A stretch of 64,000 nt of DNA from Batkoa obscura (GCA_030770535.1 JASVEC010000003.1:248001-312000), one strand, 5' to 3'; numbered from the stretch's first letter, positions 24,342 to 39,036 are shown. Notes: generated by a model from the letters alone, not told the origin. A program made the numbers and translations.

Positions 24342-25713
24342 ATGGTATTAAATAACGATAATGTAGTACCAGTTGGAGACAAAAAAGAAACATATAACTC
24401 AAAATATAGTTTGGTAATTGTAGCTTGTAGTTTTTTAATGCAAGCGTGCACCTTTGGTACTACCATAAGCTATGGTGTATTTATAGATTATTATTCCAAG
24501 GTAGTGTTTCCTGATAGTGAATATAGTATAATTTCATTAATTGGAATTATAGCACCTGCCCTGATAGCCTTCACTTCACCATTAGCTGGTAAACTGGCTA
24601 GTAAAATTGGTCTAAAAAAAGGAATTCTTATTGGCACTACTTTCATTACTTTAAGTTATCTTTTAGCTTCATTTTCCTTTAAGGTAGTTCATTACTATTG
24701 TTAATATTAAACAACATTCAACTTTATAAATAGGTTTGGCATTTATTATTAACTCAAGGAATTATGTTTGGCATTGGTGGTGGATTAGTTTTTGTACCAG
24801 CTAATGTAATTGTTAGTCAATGGTTTACTAAAAACCGGGGATTAGCATTAGGAATAGGTACAGCTGGATCTGGTATTGGTGGTATGGTATTTAGTGTTTT
24901 AAATGGTTACTTATTATCTCAAGTTGGATTTGAGTGGACTTTAAGATATAATTGTATTATTTTATTTTCCTGTTTAATAGTTTCAATCCTTTTACTTAAA
25001 GAAAGAAAGTCTGATAATAGTAATACTGTAAACAATAATAATACTGATACTATAGCTAAACCTGATAGCAAAAGAAAAATGCTTTTGTCAGGAAAATTTC
25101 TATTATTTTCATTATCAAATTCACTTTTCGTTTCAGCCCATTTTATTTCATTATATTATTTACCTCCCTATGCGATTTCAATCAATTTAACTAATGAACA
25201 AGGAGCCGCATTAGTAGCTATATTAAGTGCATCAAATGCAGTAGGAAGAATAGTATTTGGTTTTATTGGTGATAAATTTGGTCATCTAAATATATATATC
25301 ACATCTTTAGCATTAACTAGTATATTAATGATATTATGGCGATTTTCATTTAATTACATAGCTTTAGTATTTTTTTCTATTTTATATGGACTTCCTTCCG
25401 GTGGATTAGCCACACTATTTCCTTCCTCTTGTGCTGAAATATTTGGTATATTTTGATCTTGCTTTTATTTTTTAATCACTTATTATATTTATTAGGACTT
25501 GAAAATATGGCTGTAGTAATGGGATACGCTTATGCACCTGCTGGATTAGCTGAATTAGCGGGTCCACCAATAGCTGGATTAATTTATGATTATACTTTGA
25601 ATTATGATAATCTTACCTATTATGCAACGGCAATATTTTTGGTGAGTACTTTTTCATCCTATGCCGTCAAAGCGTTTTATTTAAAGAAAATCACCATAGA
25701 TAACACTGCTTAA
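24342..25713 (+). CDS. MFS transporter, monocarboxylate-porter (MCT/Mch-like) type; introns 24684-24733 and 25446-25495
   Basis: About 12 hydrophobic segments; QWF.K.RGLA.GI..AGSGIGG, GRIVFGFIGDKFG and GPPIAG motifs. Confidence 0.92.
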
Positions 25714-26358
25714 ATTAAACTTTATTTTAACAAATATCATGAATCAAATGTAATCAAGTTAGAAAAAATATTAAAATAAAATTTTAATTATTGAACCCAT
25801 TTTAAATCTAATTTTAAAATTTCGACACATCTGAGTTTAAAAAATCTCTTTTTTAGATAACCAACTAATCCCATAAACGTAAAAACTTTATACCTTCACT
25901 AACGAAAAATTACCAAAATAGTAAACTTTTATCGTCCAGCGTATTTTCTTTTGTCCTGATAATAAACTTATTATAATAATAAGTTTATTGCTGAAAGTAC
26001 TAAGAAGAAGTGGAAACGAATGACGGATAATGTTCTATATTTTCAATGGGATTAATTATTCTATATTACGGTTCACATTTTTTTGAAAATTATAAATTTG
26101 AAACTCTTATAATATTTGAATTCTTCAGAGATTTGAAGTTAAATATTTAAATTAAACGACAAAATTTTAAGTTGTGCATCTGTACAAAGCAGTAAGATGC
26201 ATCTGTATTGTAATTTCACCTAATAGTACTCTTATTAATAGAGACTAAAAATTCAATATTAGTAACACTGAAATCCAAGCTCTAATATAAATAAATTCTA
26301 TTAGCTCTTTTAATTCCAATTAATATATAAAAATATAAGCCAAAGAAACTTTACTACC

Positions 26359-26465
26359 ATATGCGGGTGTATTTTTTTGTTTAAAAGTTTTACTGATAAC
26401 TTTTCCACTCAAATAGTCCTTAAAAAATAGAAAAAGTGATGAAACCAAAAAAAACATCCCCAAAT
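26359..26465 (-). mobile_element. AWWT MITE copy
   Basis: ATAT/AAAT flanks (mismatched). Confidence 0.85.
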
Positions 26466-26939
26466 CCAAACTGTGAGAGTACAAGGTTATAACAATATAG
26501 TTTTTACTTTAAGAGATATCCTGATATTTTATAAAAATAAAATATTGCAATCAAATACATTAATTACTTTTTTGATAAAAAAAGCTTAATTATTATAAAT
26601 GTTTAATATTTTAATATAAAGATATTTTGGTATTAAAACCCTGTATTTTTGCTATTAATTCTTTACTAAAGCATTAAAATTATTTATAAAATGATATTGA
26701 AATAAAAATTTTAAATTGTTTTATTAAATTTTAAAATTAATCTTTATAATTTAAAAAAAAAATTCTTAGCTTTTTTATTTTTAAACTAGTTTTATAACAT
26801 TAAATAAAAATTTGAAATTATCTAAAATAATAGTAAAATAATAAGATAAAATGAAATTTTTTATTTAATTTTTTTTTAACTTTTAAATTTGGGTTTTTCT
26901 GATTTTCTAAATAATTAATAGTTAATAATAAAATATAAT

Positions 26940-27046
26940 ATGTGGGGGTGTTTTTTTTGGCTTCATTACTTTTTCCATTCTTAAGCGCTATTTGAGCGGA
27001 GAAGTTGTTTAATAAAATTCTTAAACACAAAAATACATCACCATAT
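26940..27046 (+). mobile_element. AWWT MITE copy
   Basis: ATGT/ATAT flanks. Confidence 0.85.
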
Positions 27047-28570
27047 GCAGGAGACTGTTTAATTAATTTAATATATAGAGCTTTTATTTAAAAAGTTTAT
27101 AAAAGTTAATATATAAGCAGATACAGGAAACTATTTCAAATCTTAAATTTTTATATCATATATTTAAAAAAAAATTATAAAGTAAATAATAAGTTAAATA
27201 TTGGTTTTAATTTTTTTGCTAAGCACTATAAAGAATATATAATTGATAGACATTTTAGAAATATTTCATAATAAAAAATAATTTTAAAACATTAAATAAA
27301 ATTGTAAAAGTTGATACTCAGTGGTCGCAGTTAAAAGCTACTCTTGCTTAATTAACTTCCCTTGAGTCGAAGGGTCTTAGTTTATGTAACTAAGATAGAC
27401 TTAACTTAATAGAAATAGTATGTAATAAGCTACGAATTATGTAAAACAAATACAATAGAAGGTACTACTGTAAAATCTACGTAAGATGTTGTCAGAAAGA
27501 CTTAGTGACTTTATTATTGATACGTTATCAGGGAGTAATTCAGTTAAAAAGCCTCGAGTTATCATGTTGAAGAATCTCTTTTATATTCTTTGCAATGTGA
27601 AGTTAGAAATTCTCACGGTAAATCAAAACAAGGAACTCTGGATTGATCATACCACATGGATCACGGTTAAATTGATTACAAGGCTACAACTAGCTTTGTA
27701 AACAAATTCAATGATTATTATGTTATGGTTAATCCGAGAGCTGATAAACCAATATTTCACATTATATTGCTCATATTATATAAAGATGGCTAATTATAGT
27801 TTTAAGGCTAACCACTTCCTCCCATACAGCTATTTATTAACTTAGTAATATAATAATGTAATTATAGCATTAAAATTACTTATTTATTTGATAGTAAATT
27901 TGGAATGTTGGTTATAAAGCAGTCAGTAATAAATATTTTTCAATAAAGTTTTATAAAAATATATATTTATTTACATATTACAACTTTGCTTAATATTAAT
28001 ATATAAGTTATATTGATAAAAGCCTTGCTAATTCGGGAATTCGTATTAAATTTAGTAAAAATTCTGCTAACATAATATAAACTATAACAAAATAATTTAA
28101 AACTGTGTTAGGTGTTTTTTATAGAATTTTAAGCAAAGTTTTTAAAATATAAAATATAAATATTCAAAAATTAGATAAAAAAATGAAACCAATTCGGATA
28201 TCCTCAATTAATATAAAATTGGTTAGTAAACGTACTAGATCTAATATAAGCCTATTTTTTTATAATAGGTTGAAAATGTTTGATAATTTAATGTTATTTT
28301 ATTGTTTATATCAACTATAATCTATATAATGATATTTATTATTGATTTTTAGTGCTAATAAATAATTGACTTATGCACTATCATTTGCCAAAATTATTAA
28401 AATATGAAAAACTAATTTAATATTAACTAAATATTAAACAATAAAATAAAAATAAAATATTAACATTATAAATAGGCAATAAGTAATAATAATAATAATA
28501 ATAATAATAATATAAATTTATTATAAAGATAGATGTATAATTTGAATATCACCCATAAGAACCTTTCAAC

Positions 28571-31500
28571 TTAAGCAAATCTTATTTTAAGTGTAATAAT
28601 TTGAAACGGTTTAAATTTAAGTTGAATTCCTTTATCTTTTAAATGTTCGATAATATTCAAAGGCATCACATCATCTTCCAAAATATTAGAAAGTTGAACG
28701 TCAATTACTGGAATGTTAACAATAAGTAAAGGATTACTATGAGCCCCAACTGATTCATAGAATCTTAAAATAACAGCATTGTTATCATCTTCTGCAATTT
28801 TAACTGTTTCTAAAATAACGCTATCCGTTGTATCAAATTTGTTAGGTTTTAATTGAAATAAATGAATATTTTGATTGTTATTAAATATTTCCATATTGGG
28901 TTTACTTTTATGTACTTTTAAAGGTGAGTTAAATGCATGTGCATATTTTGGTACATTAGCATCTGAGAAGGTACCACCATGAGGATATAAAGTATATTTA
29001 AATTGATGATTACCAATATCGCAATACTTATCAGGTGATTTTGGACTACGAATTAAAGATAATCTCATTGTTGAACCGTGAGTTGCAAACCCATATTTAC
29101 TATCATTAATAACTGATAATCCATAACCGGTTTCTTGTAATGTAGCAAATTTATGTGAGCATACTTCAAATTTAGCTAAATCCCAACTGGTATTAAAATG
29201 AGTTGGTCTTCGTATAATGCCAAATTGAGTTTCATAAATAGCATGGTCCGATCTTAAATTGGTATTAAATTCTACTTTTAAAAATTTACGATTTTCATTC
29301 CAAAATACATTTGTATCGAATTCAATCATTTTAGATGTTGCTGTTAATTTAATAATTTGTTTCATAGAAGAATTATTACTTAATTTATAATCTACTAATA
29401 TAGAACTAACTAATGGTCCTTGGTCTTCAATATTTATTAAATGTCCATGACATAAATCATATTTTTCTAAATGATATACTTCTGCGTCCCATGCATCCCA
29501 ATATAATGGTACATCTTCATATATTTTAAACAAATTAGCTAATTTACCTTCTTCAATAACTTCTCGATTATGTACAAGATCAAATAAACTAGTGATTTGT
29601 CCAGTAGAATTGATAATTACTTTGATATATCGATTACGTAAGATATAAGTACCATCGGATGCAATGTATTCTAAACTAACTTTATCTTCTTCTTTAGTTG
29701 CTTCTATAGTAATAGAATCTGATAAAGTTAATGGTATAGCTTCATCAACTTCAATATAACCAAATTGTTTATTTTTAGATACTTGCATACCGGGTTTAAT
29801 ATCCTTTTCATTTTCTAATGGAATAGTAACAATTTCAGAACGATTCCAAGCGGATGGATTTAATATTTTATAATCAAAAGTATCAAATTCATTGGAATCA
29901 CCTAATATAATTTTAGCTGCTTTTTTAATCAACTCCTTTCCTTTTTTATCTACTTCTTCATAAAATTTAATAGCATCTTCATAAACTAATCCAATTGAAG
30001 AACCTGGTAAAACATCATGAAATTGATTTAAACAAACTAATTTCCAAAGATGGGTTAATTCTTCATGAGGATATTGAGCATTTGCTTTAACTCTAGCTAA
30101 TGTCCAAAATAACTCTACTTCTCTTAATAAAAATTCACAATATCGATTATATTTTTTAATAATAGCATGAGAGGTATATGTACCACGATGTAATTCTAAA
30201 TAGAGCTCACCATCCCATTCAGGCAGTTCATTAACTTCCTCTAAATTGGCAATTTCATCATAAAATTCTAAAGCATTTCCCATTTTTACTTTAGGTAATC
30301 CTTCTACATCTTTAAGTCGGTTCATTCTTTCAATCATTGATGGTAAAGGTCCACCTCCACCATCTCCATTACCAAATAAATATAAACCTTGGTTAGCAAT
30401 GGCTTTATCTTTATTATTTGATACTGAATGTAAAATTTCTTCAATATTTACTTGTGCATTATAAGTATCGCCTGGAGCCATATGAGCTAATACTCTAGTA
30501 CCATCAATACCTTTCCAAAAGAAAGTAGTATGCGGAAATTTATTAATATTATTCCATGATAATTTTTGAGTAAAAAAATAATCCATTTTAGCTTCTTTAA
30601 TAATTTGAGGCAATTGAGCAGAATAACCAAAGGTATCAGGTAACCAAAAAATTCGACATCTTTTACCAAATTCTTTTTCAAAATATCGTTGCCCTAATAA
30701 AAACTGTCGACAAAATCCTTCTCCAGAAGGTATATTACAATCCATTTCTACCCAAGTACCACCAATTGGTAAAAATTGTTTTTTTTGTACTTTTTCATGA
30801 ACTCTTTTAAATAAGGTTGGATAAAGTTGTTGTAACCATTCAAATTGTTGAGCTTGAGAACAAACAAAGGTAAATTCAGGATATTTTTCCATTAATTGAA
30901 GTTGAGTGGACCATGATCTGGCTACTTTACGTTTGGTTTCATCATAAGGCCAAAGCCAAGCAGTATCAATATGACAATGACCAACTGCAACAAGAGTATG
31001 GTTATTGATTGGACCAGTAGAACTTAAAAAGGCAGAGGATAATTCAAAACATTGCTTCAAACTATCTTCATTTCTTTCTTCCCTTTGAAATGTATTCATA
31101 ATTTTGTTAGCTACAAATAAAGCTCTTTCCTGACGATATGATTTCTCTGGTAATTTTTTTGCCATATCTCGAATTAATTGAAAATCATAAAAAACCTTAA
31201 AGGCCATTTTATTAGGTATAGCTAACTCGGCCATTCGAATTGGATATTCCCTTTCTTCTGGTGGGCCAATTAAATAAGGTCCAGTACCGAATAGTCCATT
31301 ACATGCCATTTCTAAATAAAACTCAAAGACTTCTCCTCCTTTACAAGATTCAACCAATACATATTCTAACCTTTGATTTCCTCCACCTTCCCCTGTTAAT
31401 GCTTGAATAGGATCTCCATCAGTAGAATAAATTAATACTTCTGAATCTGAATTCCAACGGAATTGCACTTCTTCTCCTTTCCAATCTTGAGGTACTTTAG

Positions 31501-31848
31501 CTGTAATATGAAACCAATGAGTTGCCTTTATAAAAAAAGCATTAAAATCACATTAAATTTAAATAATAAACTCAATCTTACCCAACTAGGACCAAATTTT
31601 CTACCCACATCCGTTTCAGCAAAGATGTTTTTAATGGCTTCTGAAAATGGGATACGATTTAAATTAGGTACTGGATAATGTTTCATTTGAATATGTTCTT
31701 TTCCAGAGATTTTGGATTTATATAAATAAGGGATTAAGCTAACATCCGTAAATTGATTGCCATCCGATAAAAATAAATCTAATCGGGATTTTGTGATTGA
31801 GGCATGTTTATGCATCTTTCCAACGTTCTTTACACTTTCTTGGTACAT
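28571..31848 (-). CDS. AMS1: Alpha-mannosidase, GH38 (vacuolar/cytosolic Ams1/MAN2C1 type); intron 31526-31581
   Basis: GHCHIDTAWLWP, FWLPDTFGYSAQLPQ, LYLELHRGTYT and NQFHDVLPGSSI motifs; splicing gives GPSW/ATHWF. Confidence 0.96.
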
Positions 31849-34169
31849 TTTTCAATTGAAAAATTAGTTTTTGGAAAATGCAAGTTTTAAATTTTTATTT
31901 AGTAGAATAATGACGTGGATTTGAATTGACACTATTAATTATTTAGGGTCATTTGTGTGGCTTTAAAACCTTGAAGTTGACGTTTTTTTTAAATTTATGT
32001 GAAAAGGAGCAAAATTTTAATTTGAAAGCAATAGTTGCTTTCCTTTGGGCAATAATCTTCACTATAATAATGTCCCAATACAAAATAGAAATAAAATAAA
32101 TAGCTAACATTAAATTTAAATAACATATTTTCATCAATATAATTATTTATCATATGTCATCATAAGAGAATCCAACTTAACCTTTATAATTAATTAACGT
32201 ACCTTCAGTAAACTATCCTTTATTTAGAATAATTGGAATTGGGTAGTCTAAATTCGACAATAGTGTGGACCAAGTTCAGCAAAAGGTACTCTTTTATAGG
32301 TCAAACTAGATATTGAGAAAACTCATTAAATATTGCTAAAATAAAAACCTTATCAAACAAGTCGAATTATAGAGATATCAGCTATGGAATTTATTAACTC
32401 AATTCGCCAAGTTATTCACAACCAAAGAGTAAAATGGTAAATCCGGACCAAAGATAAGCTTCACTTGAAAAAACAAAACTACCTTTGGGATGCAGATTAT
32501 ACGGAATTGCCTAATACTTTAGTCCATACTGAATAAAAGCTATATTAGAAGTTATAAACTAAAACTCTAAGAGGACTATAAAACACATTTTATCTTATTT
32601 AATACTAAGTGTATCCAATTAAACTACAATTTTACAATAAAGATATTACACTACCAATTGGTTATTATAACCCACCAATATATGCTGCTACGCTGGCTTA
32701 TTTAGGTTATAACGGTGGATACACAGCATGAAATTACATTCAATAACAACCGGACTCCTAGGAAAGCAGTATATGAATAATACCAGTACTTAGTAGTAAT
32801 AGATATGTATATTAAAAGTATTTATAGAGTTTTTAAATTAATAAAATTAAACCTGAGTAACAGATAACATTTAGAAACTTAGTTTAAATGGCTGTAACTT
32901 AAAGCTAAAACGTTTATTATGCTATAAACAGTATCTTACTATTATAATACCTAATAAAAGTTAGCTTATAAGGTACATAATATTGAAGATCTAGATACAA
33001 CATTAGTTTAGTTTACACTATAATAAGGAAGGCATGCTAAAATGTTACATGCTAGATCTTTCCCAACATTTTTCAAGCTATCATGTTAATCTGATAGTTT
33101 ATTTACATTCAGCTTTAACAAAAGTTTCCACTGATTTTTGATCAAAAGAGAGTGACTAAGAAGCAGGAAAAGCTAAAAGTTAATAAACAAATCAATGCTG
33201 AAGCCAATTAACAATACAATCCATCTTACGCATTTTTCAACTCCAGGATTGACTTGTGCCTACGCCCAATAAAAACTCACTTTTTATACAAAAATACATC
33301 CCCATATGGAAGTTAGTACTTATTAGAGTTAAAAGCAGTTTTCACTTGATTAACTAGCTATAAGTTAAAAAGACTTAGTTTATACAACTAAAATAGACTT
33401 GAATTAATAAAAATAGCACACAATAAGCTATGGACTATGTAAAATAAAACATAAAAAAACATTATTATAAAAGTATACAAAATATTATAAAATTTAATAG
33501 CTTTATTAAAAAGTATAATAGTAAGGAATAATTTAATAAAAAAGCCTTTAATTATTATATTGAGAAGTTTTGTATTTTAGCTATATAGCTATATATAAAA
33601 AGCATAACAATAGTTGTTTTTTATTATAGTTGCTAAATATGGACATTAAAATAAAAAGATAACATCTTTTATAATTAGGTAATATAAATTCTCATAGCAA
33701 AGCTAAATAAAAAACTCTGAATTAATTATGTCTGAATTTAAAAATTTAATAACTTTTAATAGCAAAATTATCTAAAGCTAATTAAATTTATCATATAAAT
33801 TATAATTAAATTAACTATAAAACTGTAATTAGTTTTATAAACACTTCAAATGATTATTATGTTATAATTAGTTATAAAACTGGTAAAGTAATATTTCATA
33901 TTTTATAATTTTATTTGATATTAACTAAAATTTATTATAAAGTGAATTAAATAGATTGTAAGATTGTAGTTAGTGAGTATAACTAATTAAAAAAATAATC
34001 TCAGCTAATAATTAATTTAAGTAATAAAAAAACTAAAAACTTTAATAAAAAACCAGGTATTGTAAACAATAATTTAAATATACTAATTTAAAATTATAAA
34101 ATTATAAAATGAAATAAAATAAAATAAGTTTAAAAATAAAACAATTTATTAATAATAAATATAAAACAT

Positions 34170-34610
34170 TATTTAATTTAAACTCAGGTTAAGAAATTTT
34201 TAATTTTAAACATTTAAAGTTTGGTGTTTTCTATTACTGCTTACACTTGGCATCTTTATTATTTATTAAAAAATCTAGTGTTATTAAAAAGCTATTATAG
34301 CTAAGAAATTGTTTAAATTTAAAAATGAATATACCTCAAACCTCAAAAAACATGATAATATTATACTGACTTTTTACTAGACTGCTATTTCAATATTTGG
34401 AAATTATAAAACTTTATTTGATTCCCAAAAACAATCTTTGATAGAGTGTTTATATTGATATATTTAAGAAGACATTGAAATAGTTTAAGTATATTGATGA
34501 AGTTGATTTACCATTTTTCTTATATTTTTAGTTACCTTTACTATGGATGGTGAAAGTAGTATCATTTATGCTGCTAGTGCTTCCGCTACTGATGATCTTT
34601 GGCATTAACA
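34170..34610 (+). pseudogene. Decayed copy of the 37599 small-gene family (3' part)
   Basis: ctttatttgattcccaaaaacaa...gaagttgatttaccatttttc...ttacctttactatggatg aligns with 38079-38220; multiple stops. Confidence 0.7.
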
Positions 34611-35042
34611 ATAAATCCAAATATTTAAAAAAATACTTTATTAAATATAATGCTATGAGATACATCTTTTAGAATTTTTTGACTCATTTTTTGGTTCAAA
34701 ATGTGCCAACTATTAACAACCAAAATTATATAAAAGCGATAACATTATCATAGGTATAACTTCAACAATTATATATTAGGTCTAGATGTAAGGTAAATAT
34801 TCTAAACTGTTATTTACTTTGTTTATCTTGTCACTTTTTCTATACAAATTGTAGCCACTTTTCAATCATTGTATATCTAAATTTAACAATTAAGTATTTG
34901 TAATAAGAAATTAAAAACGCCAAGTAAAATTAGATGAAAACAAAACACCAATAATTTCAAAATTTATTAGGTATTTAATTATTAGAATAAAAACAGTATA
35001 CTATTTGATATTGCTTACATTATATCTTTGATTTTTGACTGC

Positions 35043-36473
35043 CTATTCCCTTGTATTTTCAGCTAATCTTCCAGTTGTATCTTTTGGCAATATAGTATCA
35101 GGTTCAAAAATACTCCCTTTAAACATACAACAATTATCACATAAAGAAATGTATTTTCTTGCATGTTTGAAGTAATGCTCACAATGCTGAGCATCCCCAA
35201 TCTTGTTTTGAACTTTTATTATATTCTTGATAACATCTGAATTTTCACTATGTGCTAATTTGTTGACTCCGGATTTTAAGGCATTGAAAAATAATTCAAT
35301 TGGGCTCAAGAACACCGAATATTCAGGTAATTTTAATATAAATGAAAATGAAGATCTAATGGCTTCTTTTAGCTGATCAGAAATAACGTGAGTATTTGCA
35401 CTATTAAACACATAGACAATCTGTTTATGTCTATTTTTCGAATATAAATCGTACATAAAGTAATTAAAGTCTTCTTGGTTACTAGTGTTGGTTTTTGTCT
35501 TATCAACTATTTTATAACTTACAATCCCAAATTCTGATATAGCTCCAATGTAGTTAACACTTTTAAGGGTTGAACCTGGCGTCAAAATAATTCTCTGTCC
35601 TTCAGATCCATCTTCATTTTGATTAATAGTATGACGATTAAAATAAACCTCATCAATATAAATAAACTCACGCGGCAGTAATCTTTTATATTCTTCAATG
35701 TATCGTTTTCTCTTTAAAATTATTTCTTTGTCATTCCATATGTTTCGAATCTGAGCTCCTTGCTTATAAGTAATATCTAACTTGTTTTTAATATTACATA
35801 TTGTAGTTTTGGATATATCTATTTGCTTTGTTAATAAAAAGCCTCTTATGTGTTTTATCATGGTATCATGATTTCTTGATATATAATCATAGATAAGGTC
35901 GGTTGTTTCTTCGTTTACTTTTTTATAGTTCCCATATTTTCTTAAATCACCAAGATCAAGATTAAGAGCCATCTTCTTCTTTTTTCTATAAACCCTTGCT
36001 ATAAAAGCCTCATATTTTATATTTAATAAATCGGCACCAAGTTTAGATGAAATTTTCCCATCTAAAACATTTTCAAAAATCAAGTCGGAATTGATTTTCT
36101 TAGCTAATTTATCATCCGGCTCTTCTGCTTTCTTTTTACGCTTTGATAACTTTACTTTTCCTAATCTAGATAATTTATTAAATTCAACCATCTCTTTATT
36201 GATATCAGTTATCATTCTCTTTAATTTATTATACTTTTCTTTAAGTTCGGGATTTGTACTAAATAGCCTCAAAGTCTCAGATTTAGTAAGAACACCAGTG
36301 CTGTTTCCATTATATAATTCTAGTTCGCTAATATCCCCTCTACTTATGATAACTAGCTCATTACCTGAAATACTACACTCGTTATTTCCACCATCAAATT
36401 GGTTCCTATCATTTAACTGGCCATTATCCTCAACTTCGTTAACATTGTCAATAAGCTTTCTAATTTCATCCAT
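35043..36473 (-). CDS. IS630/Tc1-like transposase-derived protein (476 aa) with D-N-35-E triad, predicted catalytically dead
   Basis: HTH-like regions; FIYIDEVYF, YIGAIS, VYVFNSANTH (canonical DNAxxH) and LPEYSVFLSPIELFF (canonical YSPxLNPIE). Confidence 0.88.
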   Translation of the reverse strand: MDEIRKLIDNVNEVEDNGQLNDRNQFDGGNNECSISGNELVIISRGDISELELYNGNSTGVLTKSETLRLFSTNPELKEKYNKLKRMITDINKEMVEFNKLSRLGKVKLSKRKKKAEEPDDKLAKKINSDLIFENVLDGKISSKLGADLLNIKYEAFIARVYRKKKKMALNLDLGDLRKYGNYKKVNEETTDLIYDYISRNHDTMIKHIRGFLLTKQIDISKTTICNIKNKLDITYKQGAQIRNIWNDKEIILKRKRYIEEYKRLLPREFIYIDEVYFNRHTINQNEDGSEGQRIILTPGSTLKSVNYIGAISEFGIVSYKIVDKTKTNTSNQEDFNYFMYDLYSKNRHKQIVYVFNSANTHVISDQLKEAIRSSFSFILKLPEYSVFLSPIELFFNALKSGVNKLAHSENSDVIKNIIKVQNKIGDAQHCEHYFKHARKYISLCDNCCMFKGSIFEPDTILPKDTTGRLAENTRE

Positions 36474-37598
36474 TATAAAGACTTAAAAAATAAATAAAAG
36501 GAATTTTTATTTATTTTTCCAATAACGTTTGAGTCAACAGAGAACTATTTAAATTACGTAATCGTTGCATTTAAATGAAGCAAATGATCTATTAAAATAT
36601 TAGCTTTAACCTAAACGAAATTTGCAATAAGATTTCGAATTAAATGAATTGCATATAAAAACAACAAATTTCATTACCCACTCATTTATAAAGATCGAAG
36701 ATTTAGGATCAGGTGTAGAATTCTATCAAGTCTTTAGAATTTTACAGCTTACCCATATCCTTAGCCGATAAAAGGAAGCCAAAATAATTCTAACCAAGGA
36801 ATATACATTATCAATTAACAGTATATGCGCTGTAGTTTAGAATTTAGAAAAATGAGTTTATAAATAAAAAGACCTACTAATAACATATATGAAGTACCAC
36901 CTAGCTACAAAAATGTATTAAGTAGTAACACAAGCATTAGATCGTACTTATAAGCGGGAGTAATATGACTAGAAATGAAATAATATTTAAACATCCAACA
37001 AGATTCTACTATAAAATAATTTGATTTTTAGCTTAAATATGTTTTTATATTAATCGTTTCCTTAATTTTAATTGTTTGTTAAAAAAATTTATGTTAGAAG
37101 TGTAGCAACCATAGTTTTCTCAGAGGTAACTTGTTGAAACAGTGTAATACTTCATATGTTCAAGTTTAAACTTAACTTTGATTCTTTATTCAGATTTTAG
37201 CTTAAATTTTTACTTGGAGTTACTTCATTTGAAAGCAATCCCACCCAACAATGGAACTTAATTATAAAATTGAAGGGCGGTATGCAACGATAAAGCTACA
37301 TAAAAAACACGTGTAACAAGTGAATTAGAGCTTTGTCACTAAAAGCTCAAAGCTGGTCAAATCTAATGCTAAACAAACTTTTACAATTTTATTTAAAATT
37401 AATTATAATCCATTACAATATTAATTAAATGAGTAGTTTAATCGTAGCTGATGATAGGAATTAGTTAAACAAGTAGGTTCATTGATAATCTATTTGGCCG
37501 ACAAAAGGAAGCCTAAAGTGTTCTAATTAAGGACACAAGCACTACAGTTAAAGATATAAAAGACAAAGCTAAAAAATTAGAAACTTGGAGATAACAAA

Positions 37599-38258
37599 AT
37601 GAGTTTAAAAACAAAAAGGCACCTTAATGACGGATACGATGTACGTCTTTGCTATAATGAGGCACTGGAGAATAATGCGAGCATTAATGTACACTTACAA
37701 GGGAGTAACAATATGACTAGATATGAAACAACTACATACACAATAAATAAAAATGGGCTTATCACAAGATTGTTTGAGTTTAAAAATGATCAAATGGGAC
37801 AAGTTTATAATTTTGAAGTACCTTTTAATACTTCAAAATGTCTTGATTTACGCTCAGGTCAAGATATCTTAAAATTAAAGCGTCAAGTTTGGACTTACCA
37901 TCGCTACTACTACTTAAAGTCTTATTTATTATGGAAAAAAACTAGAACGCTAACAGGAGTTTACCATGGTTAAGAAAGGTTTTGAGTTTAGAGATACATA
38001 CCTTAAATTTTAAAAAATAGGATAATACTATGATGACTCTTCATTGGAGTTATAATTTACTAATTGGAAACAAGCGGACTTTATTTGATTCCCAAAAACA
38101 ACCGTTATTTGAACACAATATTAATATATTAAAGAAATATTTTAACGCAGTTTAAGGATACTGGTGAAGTCGATTTGCCTATCTACTTTTTATCTTTAGC
38201 TACCTTTATTATAGATGTTGAGGCTAAGTTTTTTCCAGCTGCTGCTTTCATTAATTGA
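37599..38258 (+). pseudogene. Small beta-rich (tubby-C/LURP-one-like) gene; ORF to 37973, then continues through frameshifts and stops
   Basis: TTYTI motif shared with the 39880 gene; the downstream frame ends FKDTGEVDLPIYFLSLATFIIDV, the hydrophobic terminal helix also seen in 60382..61041. The fold is an inference. Confidence 0.6.
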
Positions 38259-38930
38259 TTTTAATATCCTATTTAGATATTAATTCTTGTATATAAAGAT
38301 AGATGTGATAACTTACATTTAGTTTCAAATTCCTTTGATTCTTTTCTTAGCATTATCATACCAACTTTTATAGTTTATTATCATGAGGAAAGTCTTCAAA
38401 TTTTGAAATTATGCAACAACTAAACCCTTGCAAACTACTAATATAAATGTTATTACAAGCTTAGAAAATTCATATCAAGTGTTTTAACATTTTAAAGCCT
38501 TTTCTTATTAATTTGCTCTTAATAACAGAATAAAATATGTAATTAGATAAAGGCTTTTTTTTGGAAAAGTGCGGCAATAATTTCCAATACTAATATACTT
38601 AGTTAATTTATTGACTATAAAATTTTACAATATAAACCCAGGGACATTATAAAGTTATCAAATCTTTGGCAAATTGTCTTACTTAGATTCCATGTATATA
38701 TATAATTCATTACAAATAATAGCTATCTTCATGTTATCCTATTAAACAGCCTTGAAAATAAAAACAATCTATGGAGGATGAAATAGCATTAGTTTGTAAT
38801 ATATGAATACTATAATCACAATTTATAAATAATTTAAGCTTTTATACTAAAAACTTCACATGGAATATTAAACTTGTTGAAATTCACTACTTCAACGCTA
38901 ACCAAATTTTTTTACTTTTTATTATTGTAC

Positions 38931-39036
38931 AAATGGGGAAGTTTTTTGTGTTTAAGGATTTTACCAACAGTTTTTCCGTTCAAATAGCGCTTAAAAGATG
39001 GAAAAAGTGATAATATCAAAAAAAACACCCCCAAAT
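38931..39036 (-). mobile_element. AWWT MITE copy
   Basis: AAAT/AAAT flanks. Confidence 0.88.

Noticed and set aside
26818..27030. Short ORFs overlapping MITEs (also 23351..23560 and 54778..55017)
   Set aside because: Chance translations of the MITE sequence.
27440..27760. Coding-like segment and ORF 27486..27701
   Set aside because: No recognisable motif and stops in the alternative frames; at most an unassignable relic.
28484..28512. (AAT)n tract and similar AT-only tracts (54208-54250, 55700-55790)
   Set aside because: Ordinary microsatellites or low-complexity intron sequence.
32200..32800. Coding-like fragments upstream of AMS1
   Set aside because: Interrupted by stops and no family recognisable.
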